This document shows positions 60,640 to 64,000 of a stretch of 64,000 nt of DNA, piece by piece. Origin of the DNA: the human T2T-CHM13v2.0 reference genome, Homo sapiens; assembly GCF_009914755.1 (NCBI RefSeq), contig NC_060935.1; one strand, given 5' to 3'. How positions within the stretch are numbered: position 1 is the first letter of the stretch; the number at the start of each line of letters is the position of its first letter. The notes under the pieces are model-generated. The model saw nothing but the letters and a program-made list of their open reading frames with translations. It had not been told where the DNA came from and searched no databases. The position numbers were made by a program, and so were the translations under genes.

Positions 60640-62230
60640 AAAGAGCAGCTAGATTGCCTGCATTGAGATTTTGGCTCTATTACTTACTAGCTTGACAACA
60701 TTATGCAACTTCCTTAGCCTCCTTGTACTTCCATTCCTCTCTTATAAAACTGCAATAATGATTATAATGGTTTTTACTTCGTAGGATTTTCTTGGGAATT
60801 GTATATTTATAAAGGACAGAGCTTAGTAGTTGTTTTTTTTATGACACCATGTTAATCACTCCCATTGACTCATTTAATTCTCACACAATCCTCTGAAGCA
60901 GGCAGTAATATCCCCATTTTGTAGATAGGAGAAATGAGGTTTCCAAGAGCTTACACATCTTGTACAAGGACAAAGAATTGGAAGAGTTTGAAGATGGAAT
61001 TTTAACCTAGGACTGCCTGCATTACTGTGAACTACATTGAGTCCTTACCTGAGGGCTTCTTCAACCAAAATATGGTGCCACATTAAACAATAAATTAGTG
61101 CTGGTCAATAATGTGAAGAGTAGAAGATTGTTTCATAAATACAACAGTTAGCATTTCTAAGTCTCCACTTAAATCAGAGAAAAGAAAAATATTTACATTG
61201 AAATATGAGATTATTAACCCAAATAGAAAGGGGATTTATTAATGTAAGGATTTGTTTACTTTGGAATGGGGCATTGAAGAAAATGTGTATTTTTTCTAGA
61301 AAGATTGGTAGGGTATTTGATTTTAATTGGGTTCATTTAATAGTAACACTATTGGGTAGTTATAAGCATGGCCTTTTCCCCTAGAAAGACTTGGGTTCAA
61401 ATTATGATGCTGTCACTTAAAAACTCTTGTATTAAAAGCTCTCTGAACTTCAATTTCTCATCCAGAAATTGTGTATGATATCACTGGGGTGGTCGAAAGA
61501 ATTAAATCCCCCAGCAATGTGCCTGGTGTGGAGTACACTCTTGGGAAAACATTAGCTTATTACAAAGGGAGGGAGAGAGGGAAGGGGGCAGAGAGACAGA
61601 AAGGGGAGCGCAAGCCAGAGAGAAAAAGAGACAAATCCTCTCAGTCTTGTCTAATTCCACAATACTGTGATGTGGTTTTGAGAAAATTCAAGGTGTTTGT
61701 GTTAATAGGGTTGGCTAAGTAAATACACACTCTAAACATCAAGAACCAAGATTATGAAAAATTCAAAAGTTTTTAATCAAAGTTCCATTAAAGATTTGTA
61801 TTTCCATTGTCTACTCCAACACATACACATACACACACAAGTTTGCACAAATGCACACACACACCACAAAAAAACAAACAATAAAACCCTAAGATTCAAT
61901 GAAAACAAGTCAAGTCTGTCAGCCATTATTATGGTAAATGTGGTATATGTTCTTATGCACCCAGCCTAAGATGCCTCAGATAGTGATTAAGATTTCAGGC
62001 TCTGTAGTCTAACAGTTTGGGCTTGATTGTCTTCACCTCTCATCCTGTGTGTCCTTAGTCAATTACTTACCCTCTCTGTGTCTTGTGTCCAGGATAAAGT
62101 AGGAATCACAATAGAATGTATTCCATTGGGTTATTCTGAGGTTTAATTACATTACACATCTTAAATGTTTTGTTTAATCCTAATACTTAGTAATTATTTA
62201 ATAAATATACTGGCTATAACTATTAAAAAT
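60640..62230. mobile_element. Cluster of MIR fragments (about 60640-60830 +, 60850-61030 -, 61350-61540 +, 61975-62230 +)
   Basis: MIR core motifs TCCCCATTTTGTAGATAGGAGAAATGAGG, CTCTGAACTTCAATTTCTCATC and GTGATTAAGATTTCAGGCTCTG. Confidence 0.55.
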
Positions 62231-62649
62231 AGAGACAATGCATGTCTCAATTTACTTTACAGAACTGTCAGGTCCAAATTAAATAAATATATATTTATGC
62301 CATTTTGATAAATGAAGATTAAGTAAAATGAGATATTAGCATTTAATGTTGCTTTGCATACAGCTATTCTCAGAGCTGGAAGTCTTTCTTACTTTCTGTT
62401 TATCTGATATTTTCATTTCTAGGACAACATTTCAAGTATATAGTCACATGGCTTCTGGTTAACTGTTTCCAGTGTCAAGAATCTCTTTATTTTTTGTAGC
62501 AACCCATTTCGTTATAGAATACATTAGCTTTTTGCATATTAAATTAATACACATTTCTTTGTAACTTGCACTGATTATTCTTAGTTCTAGCCTTGTTACC
62601 ATACCAAAAAACCACAAACAAACAAACAAACAAACAAAAATAACAGCAA

Positions 62650-63180
62650 AGTGTGTTCTGGGTACTACCGATGTATAACAAACCACGGAACAAGTTTGCA
62701 GTGTAAAACAGACACACTGTTTTGCTATTTTGTGGGTGAGGAATTTGAGGAGTGTTCTTTGGGCACACCTTTTGCTCCTTGTGGCATTTCCTGAGAGCAG
62801 AGTTGTCCAATATGTTGGATGGACTGGTCTGGAGGGCCTGAGATGGCATCATTCACATGTCAGGTGCATTAGTGAGGATGGACTGAACTGTAAACCTGAG
62901 TGTGTATATGTAGTCTTTCTGGCATCTTGGCCTCAGGGTATAGTTGGACTTCTTAAGTGGTAGCTGGTTTAGTTTAGAGCAAACATCTCAACAGCATCAA
63001 GTTACGTGGTCTTTTCTGACCTTCTCTCAGAAGCTACTTAACAACATTCCAAGCTCCTCCATTGGTCAAAGCAGTCAGAAGCCCACTCAGATGAAGAGGG
63101 AGGGGACACAGAACCTGCCTCTTGATGGGAGGAATGTCAAAAAATGTGAATGTGGAAAGGGGCATGTTTTCATACTACCA
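62650..63180 (-). mobile_element. MaLR LTR (MLT1H-like)
   Basis: TGTATAACAAACCAC...GTGGGTGAGGAATTTGAG...CCATTGGTCAAAGCAGTCA...CCTCTTGATGGGAGGAATGTCAAA. Confidence 0.7.
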
Positions 63181-64000
63181 TACTTGACCTGTCAGCAGGC
63201 CTCTGGCTGAGGGACCTCAGCCCCTAGACAGAACAGAAAAGCCTCTGCTTATGGCACAGAGGTTTACAAAACTCTCTGTTTAGACTGGTGTCCAAGTCAC
63301 AACTTGAGGGGACAGAAAGGTAGTTGCACCTCAGCTGGTCTTCTCTGAATGAATTATCCCTTGTCATAGGGGACTCTGTACAAATGCAGCCATAATTCTT
63401 GTCTATTGAAAAATTAAATCTTCAGAGCAAAGTTGTTTTGACATTGTTCTACAGATAACATTCAAAACCCTGCACAATCTCAATATTATAACAACAAAAC
63501 ACAAACAGGAAATAGAGACACAGACTCGTTTTTTTCTAATCGCAAATAGAAATTATCCTTGCTAATTACAAAGGCTTATAAAATTCCACTGGTGTTTACA
63601 CTTGGCTGACTGCTTCACTGGCAGCAGGAAGCAGTCTGATGTGGAGAGTTGGGTAGACCTTTGCTTCTGATGTCCAGAATCTAGGAATCTGAGCAATCAA
63701 AGCTAGAAACATTTGTGTCCTAAAATATGAGAGTGATCTTTATGGTTACCACATGACAGAAATGACCCACAATGGGACATAAGCTTCCATTTCTCCCTGA
63801 GTTTCTACCAAGGTAGTCTAATTGTCTATGATGAACTGGCATCTTATATTGCTGGTTTGTAGTTGGAATCTAAAAGAAAATTAGGTTAAGCCACAAGACA
63901 CTATTTTAATATGAGTTATATATAGTTTAATGTAAGCCTTATAAATATCATAGATTCATATTTTGTCCATTCTTAGAGAGTTGGCAGGAGATTTATAAAA

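Overview
This is AT-rich primate (human-like) non-coding DNA, either intronic or intergenic; the locus cannot be named from the sequence alone. I found no host protein-coding exon, tRNA, rRNA or CRISPR array. The long ORFs are decayed LINE-1 ORF2 fragments or Alu/LTR read-throughs. Much of the window is interspersed repeat: three L1 insertions with 5' inversions and visible target-site duplications (TSDs), older L1M and L2 relics, nine Alus, a solo LTR12C (ERV9) with an NF-Y repeat array, a solo LTR6A-like LTR, several MaLR LTRs, and DNA-transposon fossils (a Charlie transposase remnant, MER2, MER58A, MER5A, MER81, MER44). Four things most deserve a second look: (i) a near-perfect 25-bp-stem, pre-miRNA-sized hairpin in unique sequence at 13528-13592; (ii) a nested L1 whose inverted 5' piece comes from the same L1 region as its own target site (41495-41895); (iii) an unusually diverged 93-nt inverted duplication within one TSD-bounded L1; (iv) several short minus-strand candidate exons with strong splice signals. 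None of these establishes a new biological system. Subfamily names are recalled from consensus sequences, not from a database search.
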